Shown here piece after piece: positions 1 to 11,069 of a DNA stretch of 24,173 bases. Under the pieces are notes generated by a model that saw nothing but the letters and a program-made list of their open reading frames with translations, was not told the DNA's origin and searched no databases. The position numbers were made by a program, and so were the translations under genes. Position 1 is the first letter of the stretch; every line of letters begins with the position of its first letter. This DNA is from Psammoneis japonica (lineage: Eukaryota): NCBI GenBank assembly GCA_008632985.1, contig QPGO01000014.1:820289-844461 (forward strand). The letters run 5' to 3'.

Positions 1-2
1 AT

Positions 3-3000
3 GACGAAACTATCAACATATTATCAAGCCTGGAGAACCTGAAACAAACCAACGGAGATTTCAGCAGCTACACCATTGACACATCAATAGTCACGCTAGC
101 CGATCCCAATCTTGAATCCAAGCTACACAGCTTTAGTGCTTTTATCATGCCGACAATTCAAACATTCTCTCTCAGCCAGCTAGATGGCTGGGGTACTTAT
201 TCACAGGAGGCATTGAGGACTTACGTTGAATGCGGCGGCGTTTTAGTTGCAATGTCAGCACAGACCAACAGTCTTCTTTTTTTAAACACAGTTTTCCCTG
301 GCTGGGACATCGCTGACGTGGGCTACTGTAGTATTGGAGCGACTGTCTCCCTGAATTCCGCCAATGCTGCAGGAACGACGTTTGCCGGGGGACCGAGCTC
401 TGTGACTTGCATCTCCACTACCAAATATCTCTCATGTGGGACTGTCCCTTGCACCCCAATATACGGGACGACGACTTCGACAGTAGTGGCACAGGTTCCC
501 TACGGCGATGGTTACGTTGTTCTTTATTCGTGGAGCTTCTATAACGGTGGCCACGCTATCAATGTTCCGGGCGTTGGCACCCACGTAAACTGCGCCTACA
601 GAAACGACGATTGGGCCACAGAAATCCTTCCTCGTGCTCTTGAGTTTGCTGAACAAGTTGAAGCTCAGAAAACGACATGTCTCTCAGAGAGTCCTTCGGA
701 AGCTCCCAGTTTATCTCCAAGCAATGCCCCGTCTACAATCCCATCGTCTGAGCCAAGTATGGCTCCATCGGTATCTCCATCGTCCGAGCCAAGTGGTTTG
801 CCATCTTTGACACCTTCAACAGAACCTTCTGCTCCCCCCTCAAGAGTTCCAAGTGCGGCTCCAAGTGATTTACCTTCAACCACACCTTCAGGTCAACCTT
901 CGACAGAACCATCTGGCACCCCTTCTGCCATTCCAAGTTCGTCTCCCAGTTATGAACCTTCGACAACTCCATCATCAGAACCAAGTGACACTCCATCGTT
1001 GATGCCTTCAACCAGGCCCTCGACCACCCCGTCTGCTGTACCGAGTGATGTTCCCAGTGATGTTCCTTCGACGATACCTTCAGTCGAACCAAGTGACACC
1101 CCGTCTCTCACCCCATCGACTTCACCGTCTACAATGCCGAGCTCAGCTCCTAGTGATGTGCCTTCAAACGCACCATCAGCGGAACCAAGTGATGTACCTT
1201 CTCTCATCCCATCGACCATGCCATCTATAGCGCCGTCATCAACGCCTTCTTCATTTCCCAGTGGTGCGCCATCGACATCACCGTCGTCTCAACCGAGCGC
1301 AGCTCCAAATAGAGAGCCATCAGCAATACCTTCTGCCCAACCAAGTGCAGTTCCAAGTAGCATGCCCTCTAAAACACCTTCAGAAGAACCAAGTTATATG
1401 CCATCTGTCACCCCATCAACTGAGCCATCTTATGCACCATCGGCAGTTCCAAGTGGGGCTCCCAGTGATGTACCTTCCACAAGTCCATCTTCGGAACCTA
1501 GCAATATCCCATCTTTGAAACCTTCAACATTCCCCTCGGGTACCCCTTCTGCCGTCCCTAGTGCAACTCCCAGTGATGCACCTTCAATGATTCCTTCGAA
1601 CCAACCCAGTGATGCCCCTTCAAGGGTCCCGAGTTTGATGCCAAGTGTTGTCCCGTCGACTAGTCCGTCAGGTCAACCTTCGACAAGCCCGTCAGCGGTA
1701 CCGAGTTCGACACCAAGCGATATCCCGTCAACTAGTCCATCAGCTCAACCAAGTGATGTGCCTTCTGTACAACCGTCTACAGTGCCTTCAAAAAGCCAGT
1801 CAGCGGTCCCGAGTTCGGCACCAAGTGATGTCCCGTCGACTAGTCCATCAGATCAACCAAGTGACGTGCCTTCTGAAACACCGTCTATGATGCCTTCGAC
1901 AAGCCCGTCAGCGGTCCCGAGTTTTGCACCTAGTGATGACCCGTCGACTAGTCCCTCGGGTCAACCTTCGACAAGCCCGTCAGCGGTCCCGAGTTCGACA
2001 CCAAGCGATATCCCGTCAACTAGTCCATCAGCTCAACCAAGTGATGTGCCTTCCATACAACCGTCTACAGTGCCTTCGACAAGCCCGTCAGCGGTCCCGA
2101 GTTTTGCACCAAGTGATGTCCCGTCGACTAGTCCATCTGATCAACCAAGTGACGTGCCTTCTGTGGCACCGTCTACAGTGCCTTCGACAAGCCCGTCAGC
2201 GGTCCCGAGTTCGGTGCCAAGTGCTGTCCCGTCGACTAGTCCATCAGATCAACCAAGTGACGCGCCTTCTGTGACAACATCTACAGTGCCTTCGACAAGC
2301 CCGTCAGCGGTCCCGAGTTCGGCACCAAGTGATGTCCCGTCGACTAGTCCATCAGATCAACCAAGTGATGTGCCTTCTGTGCAACCGTCTACAGTGCCTT
2401 CAACAAGCCCGTCAGCGGTCCCGAGTTTGACACCAAGTGATGTCCCGTCGACTAGTCCATCAGATCAACCAAGTGATGTGCCTTCTGTAAAACCGTCTAC
2501 AGTGCCTTCGACAAGCCCGTCAGCGGTCCCGAGTTCGGCACCAAGTGATGTCCCGTCGAATAGTCCATCAGATCAACCAAGTGATGTGCCATCTGTACAA
2601 CCGTCTTTATTGCCTTCAACAAGCCCGTCATCGGCCCCGAATTCGGCACCAAGCGATGTCCCGTCGACTAGCCCATCAGATCAACCAAGTGATGTGCCTT
2701 CTGTACAACCGTCTACAGTGCCTTCAACAAGCCCGTCAGCGCTCCCGAGTCTGGCACCAAGTGATGTCCCGTCGACTAGTCCATCAGATCAACCAAGTGA
2801 CGTGCCTTCTGTGACACCGTCTATAATGCCTTCGACAAGCCCGTCAGCGGTCCCGAGTTTTGCACCTAGTGATGACCCGTCGACTAGTCCCTCGGGTCAA
2901 CCTTCGACAAGCCCGTCAGCGGTCCCGAGTTCGACACCAAGCGATATCCCGTCAACTAGTCCATCAGCTCAACCAAGTGATGTGCCTTCTGTACAACCGT

Positions 3001-6000
3001 CTACAGTGCCTTCAACAAGCCCATCAGCGGTCCCGAGTTTGGCACCAAGTGATGTCCCGTCGACTAGACCATCAGCTCAACCAAGTGACTTGCCTTCTGT
3101 GACACCGTCTATGGTGCCTTCGACAAGCCCGTCAGCGGTCCCGAGTTCGGTGCCAAGTGCTGTCCCGTCGACTGGTCCATCAGGTCAACCTTCGACAAGC
3201 CCGTCCGCGGTGCCGAGTTCGACACCCAGCGATATCCCATCAACTAGTCCATCAGCTAAACCAAGTGATGTGCCTTCTGTACAACCGTCTACAGTGCCTT
3301 CAACAAGCCCGTCAGCGGTCCCGAGTTTGACACCAAGTGATGTCCCGTCGACTAGTCCATCAGCTCAACCAAGTGACGCGCCTTCTGTGACACTGTCTAT
3401 GGTGCCTTCGACAAGCCCGTCAGCTTTCCCGAGTTCGGTGCCAAGTGCTGTCCCGTCGACTAGTCCATCAGGTCAACCTTCGACAAGCCCGTCCGCGGTA
3501 CCGAGTTCGACACCCAGCGATATCCCATCAACTAGTCCATCGGCTAAACCAAGTGATGTGCCTTCTGTACAACCGTCTGCAGTGCCTTCAACAAGCCCGT
3601 CAGCGGTACCGAGCTTGGCACCAAGTGATGTCCCGTCGACTAGTCCATCAGATCAACCAAGTGACGTGCCTTCTGTGACACCGTCTATGGTGCCTTCGAC
3701 AAGCCCGTCAGCGGTCCCGAGTTCGGTGCCAAGTGCTGTCCCGTCGACTAGTCCATCAGGTCAACCTTCGACAAGCCCGTCCGCGGTACCGAGTTCGTCA
3801 CCAAGCGATATCCCGTCAACTACTCCATCAGCTCAGCCAAGTGACCTGCCTTCTGTGACACCGTCTACAGTGCCTTCGACAAGCCCGTCTGCGGTCCCGA
3901 GTTCTGCGCCCAGCGATGTCCCGTCGACTAGTCCATCGGCTCAACCAAGTGATGTGCCTTCTGTCACACCATCTATGACGCCTTCAATACGCCCATCAGA
4001 AATCCCAAGTTTGGCTCCCAGCAGCATCCCGTCGACTAATCCATCAGCTAAACCAAGTGATGTGCCTTCTGTGATGCCATCATTGGTTCCTTCAAAAAGC
4101 CCATCAGCTGTTCCCAGTGCGGCTCCCAGTGATGTCCCATCAACTGGTCCATCCGTACAACCAAGCAACGTACCTTCTGTCACACCGTCAACAAGCCCAT
4201 CAGCTCTCCCGAGTTCCGCACCCAGTGACATTCCGTCTACGACTCCATCCGCTCGGCCAAGTGATGTACCTTCTGTTGCACCGTCGACCGTGCCTTCAAT
4301 TGGCCCATCATCAGCACCAAGTTCGTCTCCCAGCAATATCCCATCATTGAATCCATCTTCTGAACCGAGTAGGATGCCATCCTTGGCGCCTTCAACTGTT
4401 CCTTCAACAGCACCATCAGCAGTTCCAAGCGCGGTGCCCAGTAATATCCCGTCGACGACTCCATCCGTGCAACCCAGTAGCATCCCTTCTGTTGCACCGT
4501 CACCAGCACCTTCAATAAGCCCATCAGCTACCCCAAGTTCTGCTCCCAGCACTACACCATCCTTAGCGCCATCGAGTGTACCGAGCGCGTTTCCGTCTAG
4601 CTCGCCATCTTCAGAGCCGTCTAGCAGGCCGTCTGCATTTCCTTCGGCGGCGCCATCTTATGTGCCAAGTAGAGTTCCAACGGGAGTTCCTAGCGGCATT
4701 CCTTCCAAGGCCCCATCTCATTTACCCAGTGGTGTGCCATCTGTCTCTCCTTCTGCAGAACCCTCGGAAATGCCGTCAGGGGAACCTAGCAAAGGACCTT
4801 CGACAGCTCCTTCAGGCCTTCCTTCGAATGCGCCCTCCGGCGTTCCAAGTAGTATGCCCTCGGATAGCCCAAGTTCAATCCCGAGTAATGCTCCATCACT
4901 ATTGCCTAGTAATTTGCCGTCCCAAACTCCTTCATCGCTACTTTCGATGACTCCGTCTAATATTCCATCAATGGCACCAAGCGTCTTTCCGTCCATCCAG
5001 CCTTCTCATGACCCTTCCAGCGATCCAACAAGTGCTCCAACTCAGATGACCTCGAGAATGCCATCCGATAGTCCAAGTTCTGCTCCATCCGTCATGCCGA
5101 CCATCGCACCGAGCAGAGAGCCAACCTTGCTTCCAACCTCATCACCGAGCATTTCTCCGTCAAAAGCACCATCCCAAGCCCCCACCCTAGCTCCTTCTCT
5201 GCATCCAAGCAGCGTGCCATCAAGCTTGCCGACAGCGGAACCAAATGCCTCGGTGATATTCCAGATCTCAACGAATGGGACTGAAAATGCGATAATCAAA
5301 GTTGGTGAAACAATAAACTCAACCTACACCATCATCAACAACGGCAATGTGGCTCTTTCGAACATTAATCTCACTGACAACCGTGGCGTAACTCCCACCT
5401 ATCTTTTTGGCGACAATGACAATGACGGAGAAATTGACGTGAATGAAACGTGGGTCTTCGAAGCAATAGAGGTCGCCCAGTTTGGACCGCAGACGATTAC
5501 CGGGGTCGTGTCTGCAAGCATTAACGGACAAAACTTCACTTCGCAATACTCAACTTCATACTTGGGAGGGGTTCCATCTCTGAGCGTCAATCTTTCGACA
5601 TACGACGAGGAAACTCCAAAAGTGAAAGTTGGCGATCCAATCAACACAACTTACACCGTCACCAACAGGGGCAACGTGCCTTTATCGAACATTGATTTTT
5701 CTGACAGTCGAGGCGTGACCCCCACGTTACTTTCAGGGGATACAAACAATAACGAAGAGCTTGACGAGGGCGAAACATGGATATTCCAAGTTATCGAGTT
5801 TGCCCTGTCTGGATCTCAAAACATTACTGGAACAGTAACGGCCGAAGTAAATGGGGAGGTTTTCGAGACACAGTATTCATCTTCCTACATAGGCGCGTCT
5901 CCGTCGCTCAAACTCACTCTCTTGACAAATGGTTTGAATGAAGCGGGACCGATTCCTACTGGCACGGACATGGTTCGGATTTTCCTCGTGGACAACGAAG

Positions 6001-7784
6001 GTGATGTACCGCTTTCCAATATAACAGTCTATGACAATGAAGGAGCCACGCCGAATCGAATCCAGGGTGACGTCAATAAAAACGATTTGCTTGATCTTGA
6101 CGAACAGTGGTATTTGTACAACCCGGCAGGGCTCAACAGGGCCAGTTCATCAACACTGGATTTGCATCGGGCCTTTTTGGTAATGTAGTGGTAAGCGATG
6201 ACGACTCGAGCTCTTACCAAGGAGTGGGAACCGACGCGCCGACGGCTGGGCCCACGACTGCAACGCCAACAGGCTCGCCTTCGCGGCTGCCAACCACGGG
6301 TGAGCCAACCCCCCTTCCTACGATAGACCCCGATCCATCCATCTCTATTCAAGCAACAGGAAATGGCTTTGATATCCTAGTTATTCGCCAAGGCGAGACC
6401 ATTAAATGGAGGTATCGAATCGTCAACACGGGCAACGTTGCCCTGTCCAATGTTGTTGTTACTGGAGGCGCAGATTCGTCCGATCTTGTACTTGGTTCTG
6501 GCGATTTGAATTTCAATAATGAGCTTGATCCTGGCGAAATTTGGGAGTATGATGTTGATGGTGTAGCCGAAATGGTTTGTTTAGCGTCGTGGGAAAGGTT
6601 TCTGCAGAGTACAATGCTGCATCCCTTTCAGCGGTCGACTCGAGTTTGTACTATGGAATAACGCCGGAACCAGAAATTGGCATTCAAGAGGAAGCCGACG
6701 CTGTTCTCAATGTTACAAAGTACACAGTCACAAATAATGGAGAAAGCCCGCTTTCAGATTTGCAATTTACTCCCAAACAAGGTGTAGAACTACCAACATT
6801 GATCTCTGGGGACCTCAATTTTAACGGTGAACTTGATGAGGGTGAGAGTTGGGTATACGAGGCTGCTGGTGTTGCCAGTTACGAAGAAGAGCCGGTTCTT
6901 GTGACTGCCATGGCGGAAGCGGCACGGAGATTATGGCGGTTCCCCTTTCCTACCTACCCGCCGATCCTCCACCCCCACAGAATGCAGGGGTGGAAATAAC
7001 CACCGTCATAAATGGAGAGGATGGTTTGATTGTTCCTGTAGGAGAAGAGTTGATATTTGAGTATTACATCTTCAATTCGGGTGATGCCCCTTTGACCAGC
7101 ATTTCCGTTACGGAGTTGCATGCCGGAGTAAATCCTGATTTGATAAATTCAGACTTAGCTGGTGACAAAAGTAATGTTGCTCTAGAACCGGGCGCAACAT
7201 TGATCTATCAAGCGACTGCAATCGCCCAGGCGGGTCTGCAAGAGAGCGTGGGCGTTGTCACGGCAAGTTACAATGACAATGCAGTGTCCGATCAAGACCT
7301 GAGTTCGTATTTGGGTATTATTGGTGGAGAAGACCAAGGCTGTCAACCAAGCGTTTGGATTAAATCGAAGCAGGCTTGGCAACGCTATCGGCCAAACAAC
7401 AAGTTTGACACGGTGTTTGGTGTCGAGGCCTTTCCTCGCAAGAGCCTCAACAACGTCCTCGAGCAAAGCGGGTCGGGTGCAAAACAGGCACTAGGCAGAC
7501 AGGCTGTGGCTGCGCTTCTAAATTCGGCCAACAACAGGGTTTCTTATGGACTGTCGACCAACCATGTCATTCGTTTGGTCAAGCAAGCGTATGAAGCCCG
7601 AGACTATCATGAGGCAAAAGCGATGCTGAAGCGGCTCAACAAACGGACGTGTCCGTCTCGTATTGGCAGTGAAAATCTCCCGCCCACCCGACGTCCAACT
7701 CCTCGCAGAACCAGGCGACCGCGACGCAATAATCGTTCCAAGGGAGGAAAGGGTGGCAAAGGAGGCGGTGGCCTTCAACGGTAA
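3..7784 (+). CDS. Giant cell-surface/extracellular mucin-like adhesin candidate (>2500 aa, 5' end probably outside the window): N-terminal globular part, ~1500-aa PSxx stalk, six DUF11/DUF7507-like Ig-type repeats, a bacterial-type C-terminal domain and a basic/Gly-Lys tail
   Basis: The frame of ORF 147..6188 is open from base 3 (DETINILSSLENLKQ...), so ATG147 is probably internal. ORFs 6107..6661, 6577..6999 and 6849..7784 continue the same repeat-domain protein if one base is restored at each of ~6110 (tgg[g]ta), ~6572 (gaa[a]at) and ~6919 (gaa[a]gc). Recurrent motifs are Y-x-I/V-x-N-x-G-N-V-x-L-S-N and GDxNxNxELDxGExWxY/F. It ends ...RPTPRRTRRPRRNNRSKGGKGGKGGGGLQR-stop. Confidence 0.85.
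690..5240 (+). repeat. Coding tandem repeat: 12-nt (PSxx) unit with a 108-nt (36-aa) higher-order repeat in the homogeneous core (~1650-3960)
   Basis: Translation is continuous P-S-x-x. The unit PSTSPSAVPSSAPSDVPSTSPSDQPSDVPSVQPSTV recurs, and 'acaagcccgtcagcggtcccgagt' recurs at 108-nt spacing. Shorter PSGQ-containing variants are interspersed. Confidence 0.95.
5250..7320 (+). repeat. Six ~105-110-aa Ig-like (DUF11/DUF7507-type) domain repeats with acidic DxNxNxxLD loops
   Basis: The repeats start near ASVIFQISTNG, PSLSVNLSTYD, PSLKLTLLTNG, PSISIQATGNG, PEIGIQEEA and AGVEITTVING. Each contains NxG(N/D/E)xxLxx(I/V/L) and a (D/E)x(G/N/D)(E/A)x(W/L)x(F/Y) motif. A PT-rich linker lies between repeats 3 and 4. 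Family assignment is by motif recall, not a search. Confidence 0.7.
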
Positions 7785-8068
7785 AATGATGTGTGTTTTT
7801 GTTTTTGCATATCTCCATCTGACTAAGTAACATCTCGGGCATTGCCAATTATTCGAAGAAAGCTGACCATCTGACCATCCAAAGAAGCATAACAGCTAAC
7901 AATAGAATAAACTAAAGGCAATGCAAAGAGAGCATCAGGCAACATTCCAACAACAACAAGGCAGATGCGGCTTACGCTTCGCTTTCTTTCATGTGCGCTC
8001 AATCCGTCTTGGGTGCCCCCCCGCCCCAATCTGCACGCATCCACATGCCGCCGGTGCTGTACCGGGCC

Positions 8069-9615
8069 CAAGGATTTATAAGTCTGTCAGGATGTACAAG
8101 CTCCGGTACAAATCTACGCACGAGCCTGTTGCCATGCGTGGTACGAACACCGTTAAAATTTGTGCTGCGTTTTACGGCAGTCTACGTAGAGCTTCTGACG
8201 GGACGAACTTATCATTTATAAATATTCATGCACAAATATCATAGATACCTCGAAGACGAAACGTGATGGAGGGGAGAAAACAGACGGCACACGAAACGTG
8301 ATGGAGGGGGGATAACAGACGGCACGAAATGTGATGGTGCGGGCGGTGGCGGCGTACGTGGATGAAGACAGAGACGAAATGGAATATCAAATATGGTAGC
8401 TCTAAAATCTGCCGCCGATTGCCAATCAACCCAATGACTGATTGATTGTTGTAATGATGAGTGATGATGTATGCTGCTGTAGTTCGCCAAATTGTCATGT
8501 GTTTCGACAAGCGCTGATTCACGCTAATGATCCACTTTGGGGTCGCCCGCTGGCAAGGATACGCGTGACGCAAAACACACGATGCAAGCGTCTCGTCCAA
8601 AGCATTGTCCATTACTTGAAGCCCGAGAGAAGCACTAAAATTTTATGCATTGCCCCTCATCACTGGCCAAGAATCAAAATAAGACACCACCTAGATGGGA
8701 AAGATAGAGATGGAGAATGATATTGTTAGTTTGTTTGTCATGCCGGTACTGTAAATGCATGATGCATCAATACTGCTTTAAATGTAAACATACCTTATTG
8801 TACACATCCTTCAGAAGTAAACTGCACGAGATTCCAGCCCGCTCGCTCGCATTCCAATCGCAGAGTCTCCACGCCACCAAGATTTACCCCAGTTTTCGGT
8901 CCCCGAACGAGGGAGTACTACTAACCGGCACTCGGCAAGGTCATGGACGTCAATATCCAACCCATTGCACATTATAATTGTCATTATTCGTGAAAGTATC
9001 AACTGTAGCTTGCTTGGTTCAGTCCAAAAGAGAGCGTAGGACACACCACAGCCCCGTTCCGATATAAGGAAGAACATGAGTTGAAAAGAAATGGTGTCGA
9101 CACCGACACGAAACTATGAGATATTGTTCGTCCGTAGGGGTGATACATTGCTCAACAGCTTCTCTATATGAGTTATAAAGACGAACATGTCAAAAAAAAT
9201 GAGTGAGATGCCGAAACAAAAGCACAATATAATTCGATTGCGACAGAGAGCGATAATGAGTCTCGAACCGTGGTGTCAATACAAAATCCTTTTTCCACCT
9301 TACAATTGGCCGCTTACCTTCGAAAAAGCAACATAAGCTGTTTCTATATGGAGATAAAGACTAGTAGATAGCGTTGGTACTGTTGAAAGGATCGTCAATA
9401 GTCTAATAAGCGGCGCTCCGGTTATCATGGTGTGTGGTGCTTTGATGAAAATGATGCGCGATCCCTTGAAAAAATGAGGATATACAAAATATACATAAAT
9501 TTATTTATTTTAACGGCGGAGTTCGCACCGTCAAGATTACTTAGAGGCTGGTGACCACGCATGGCAACACGCGTTCTACGCAGCTTGTACATCCTGACAG
9601 ACTTATAAATCCTTG
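8069..9615. mobile_element. Non-autonomous cut-and-paste DNA transposon (1547 bp), hAT- or P-superfamily-like
   Basis: Perfect 34-bp TIR caaggatttataagtctgtcaggatgtacaagct at 8069-8102, with its reverse complement at 9582-9615. Identical 8-bp TSD accgggcc at 8061-8068 and 9616-9623. Further inverted blocks are tgttgccatgcgtggt (8127-8142 / 9554-9569) and ccgttaaaat (8150-8159 / 9507-9516). No transposase ORF is recognisable. Confidence 0.93.
8256..8340 (+). repeat. Subterminal tandem repeat (~33-35 bp x 2.5) inside the TIR element
   Basis: acgaaa(c/t)gtgatgg starts at 8256, 8291 and 8324. The first two copies continue with ...aacagacggc. Confidence 0.8.
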
Positions 9616-9627
9616 ACCGGGCCAATA

Positions 9628-11030
9628 CATCCAAAAAAATCTACCCTCAGTTCTACCCTGTACCGTAGAGAGTAGTACTCATCCTACGGGGAAGAAGACC
9701 AACCCGTAGCCATCAGTATAGAAGCTACGTGCTAGTAATCAACCTACGCAAACCCCACGCGAGGAGTTGAACCCGAAAAAAAACTCCAAGACGAAGCGAG
9801 CGACGCTCAAAAAACACCGCGCCCTCACCTTGACCATGGCCTTTGAATGGTTGTGTTTGCACTCATTACAAAGCCCGCATTTTGGGCGTTTGATGCTTTT
9901 TTCTGAGGCACAGCTTTTCTCTCACTTTTTCTATTGTTTTGTGGTCGCTCATAGGTCTACCCGGCACCCATTGCAGCGACGGCATGAACACCGCTAAGGA
10001 TCAATATGACTATGGAAAAAAATGATGCTTGCAGTGGATTTGTTGCTGCTCCTCACCTCTTGGGTGTTTCGCGACTTTTGCTCCCAGAGAGGACACTGAC
10101 AGGACTGCCGCGTCTGACACAGTGGCATTCATAATCAAGCTCGGCTTCGGACTGCAAAGGTAAGAACAACAAAATTTGCTAATAATAATGTCGAATATGT
10201 GATGGAAATGTTTGTTTGTTGTACACATCTCATGTTTTGTGCGTTTGATGATTGTCAAGTGTGGCGCAGTTTTTTCCTCACAGTTTCTCCTGTCTCGCCG
10301 TCGCTGACAGGCCCACTCGGCACCCATTGCAGCATAGGTGCCAAGGTGAATACGGACCAAATAGTTATAAAAAAATGTATCTCAAGCCAAGGATGCGGAA
10401 CAATCTATTTAAAGATCAACGGCAGCAACCCTTGGTCGTGCCTTCCGCGCTAGGGAGCAGCTTGTTTTCTTCTCAAGCTGGTGGAAGTGCAATGAGGTGC
10501 TGATTGTTCCTTAGGCTAATGCAATTGTTTAGTAATATTTAAATATAAAATTCACAACAGTAATCTCAAATAGGTGCTTTAGAGCTTGTCAAAGTTGAAA
10601 GTAGTGCAAGTCGTTCGTCTGCTTTCCCACAGGGAGTGTGAAGGTTTCTACTGCACTCAGGACGCCTGTGAGTGCTGCTTGCCATGCCACCATAGATGCA
10701 GTTGGCATTGGTGCAGTTGCCGGGGTTGCATACGGCAACGCTCATGGTTGAGATGCCGCATTGAGACGAGTAGAACTTTCGAGTATTTTTTTTGTTCCTC
10801 CCGTCGCACTCGACATCACGCACCAAGGACAGACTGTTTAGATCGCGCGAAAGGGGCGCGCAGGGTAGAATTTTTGGCTCCGAAAATTCTACTGTACCTT
10901 CTACCTGAGTGGAATAAACAGTGGATGTACGGTAGATCTTTTTAGAAGATGCCAACACCGTATTGACATTTTTACATACGAGAATTCCACTTTCCAGTAG
11001 AAAAATGCTACTTGGGTAGAATTTTGGGTG
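9628..11030. mobile_element. Probable second non-autonomous TIR element (~1.4 kb) with a TA target-site duplication (Tc1/mariner-like ends)
   Basis: The left end ta|catccaaaaaaatctaccc (9626-9646) resembles the reverse complement of the right end gggtagaattttgggtg|ta (11014-11032), which reads ta|cacccaaaattctaccc. Clusters of TCTAC/GTAGA motifs lie at both ends, e.g. ttctaccctg 9651 and cagggtagaa 10861. The TIR is imperfect and no transposase is seen. Confidence 0.5.
9907..10333 (+). repeat. Diverged ~70-bp direct repeat pair
   Basis: 9907-9977 (ggcacagcttttctctcac...gtcgctcataggtctacccggcacccattgcagc) aligns with 10263-10333 (ggcgcagttttttcctcac...gtcgctgacaggcccactcggcacccattgcagc). Confidence 0.7.
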
Positions 11031-11069
11031 TAACGGTGCGGCACATCGAATCTCTAGAGAGCAGAGAGT

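Noticed and set aside
1650..3960. Regularly spaced repeats superficially like a CRISPR array
   Set aside because: There are no unique spacers, the repeats are in-frame coding units, and no cas genes are present in this eukaryotic context.
665..5299. Many antisense and alternate-frame ORFs over the PSxx array
   Set aside because: They are shadows of the 12-nt coding repeat (GxxE/DG and RRLVHQ patterns), with no independent coding evidence.
6100..6930. Programmed ribosomal frameshifting or introns at the ORF junctions
   Set aside because: There are no slippery heptamers or intron-sized gaps. Single-base restoration gives seamless domains, and the same pattern appears in unrelated genes, so sequencing error is more likely.
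8226..9077. Short ORFs inside the TIR element as a transposase
   Set aside because: No DDE/D, BED, THAP or hAT dimerisation motifs are recognisable.
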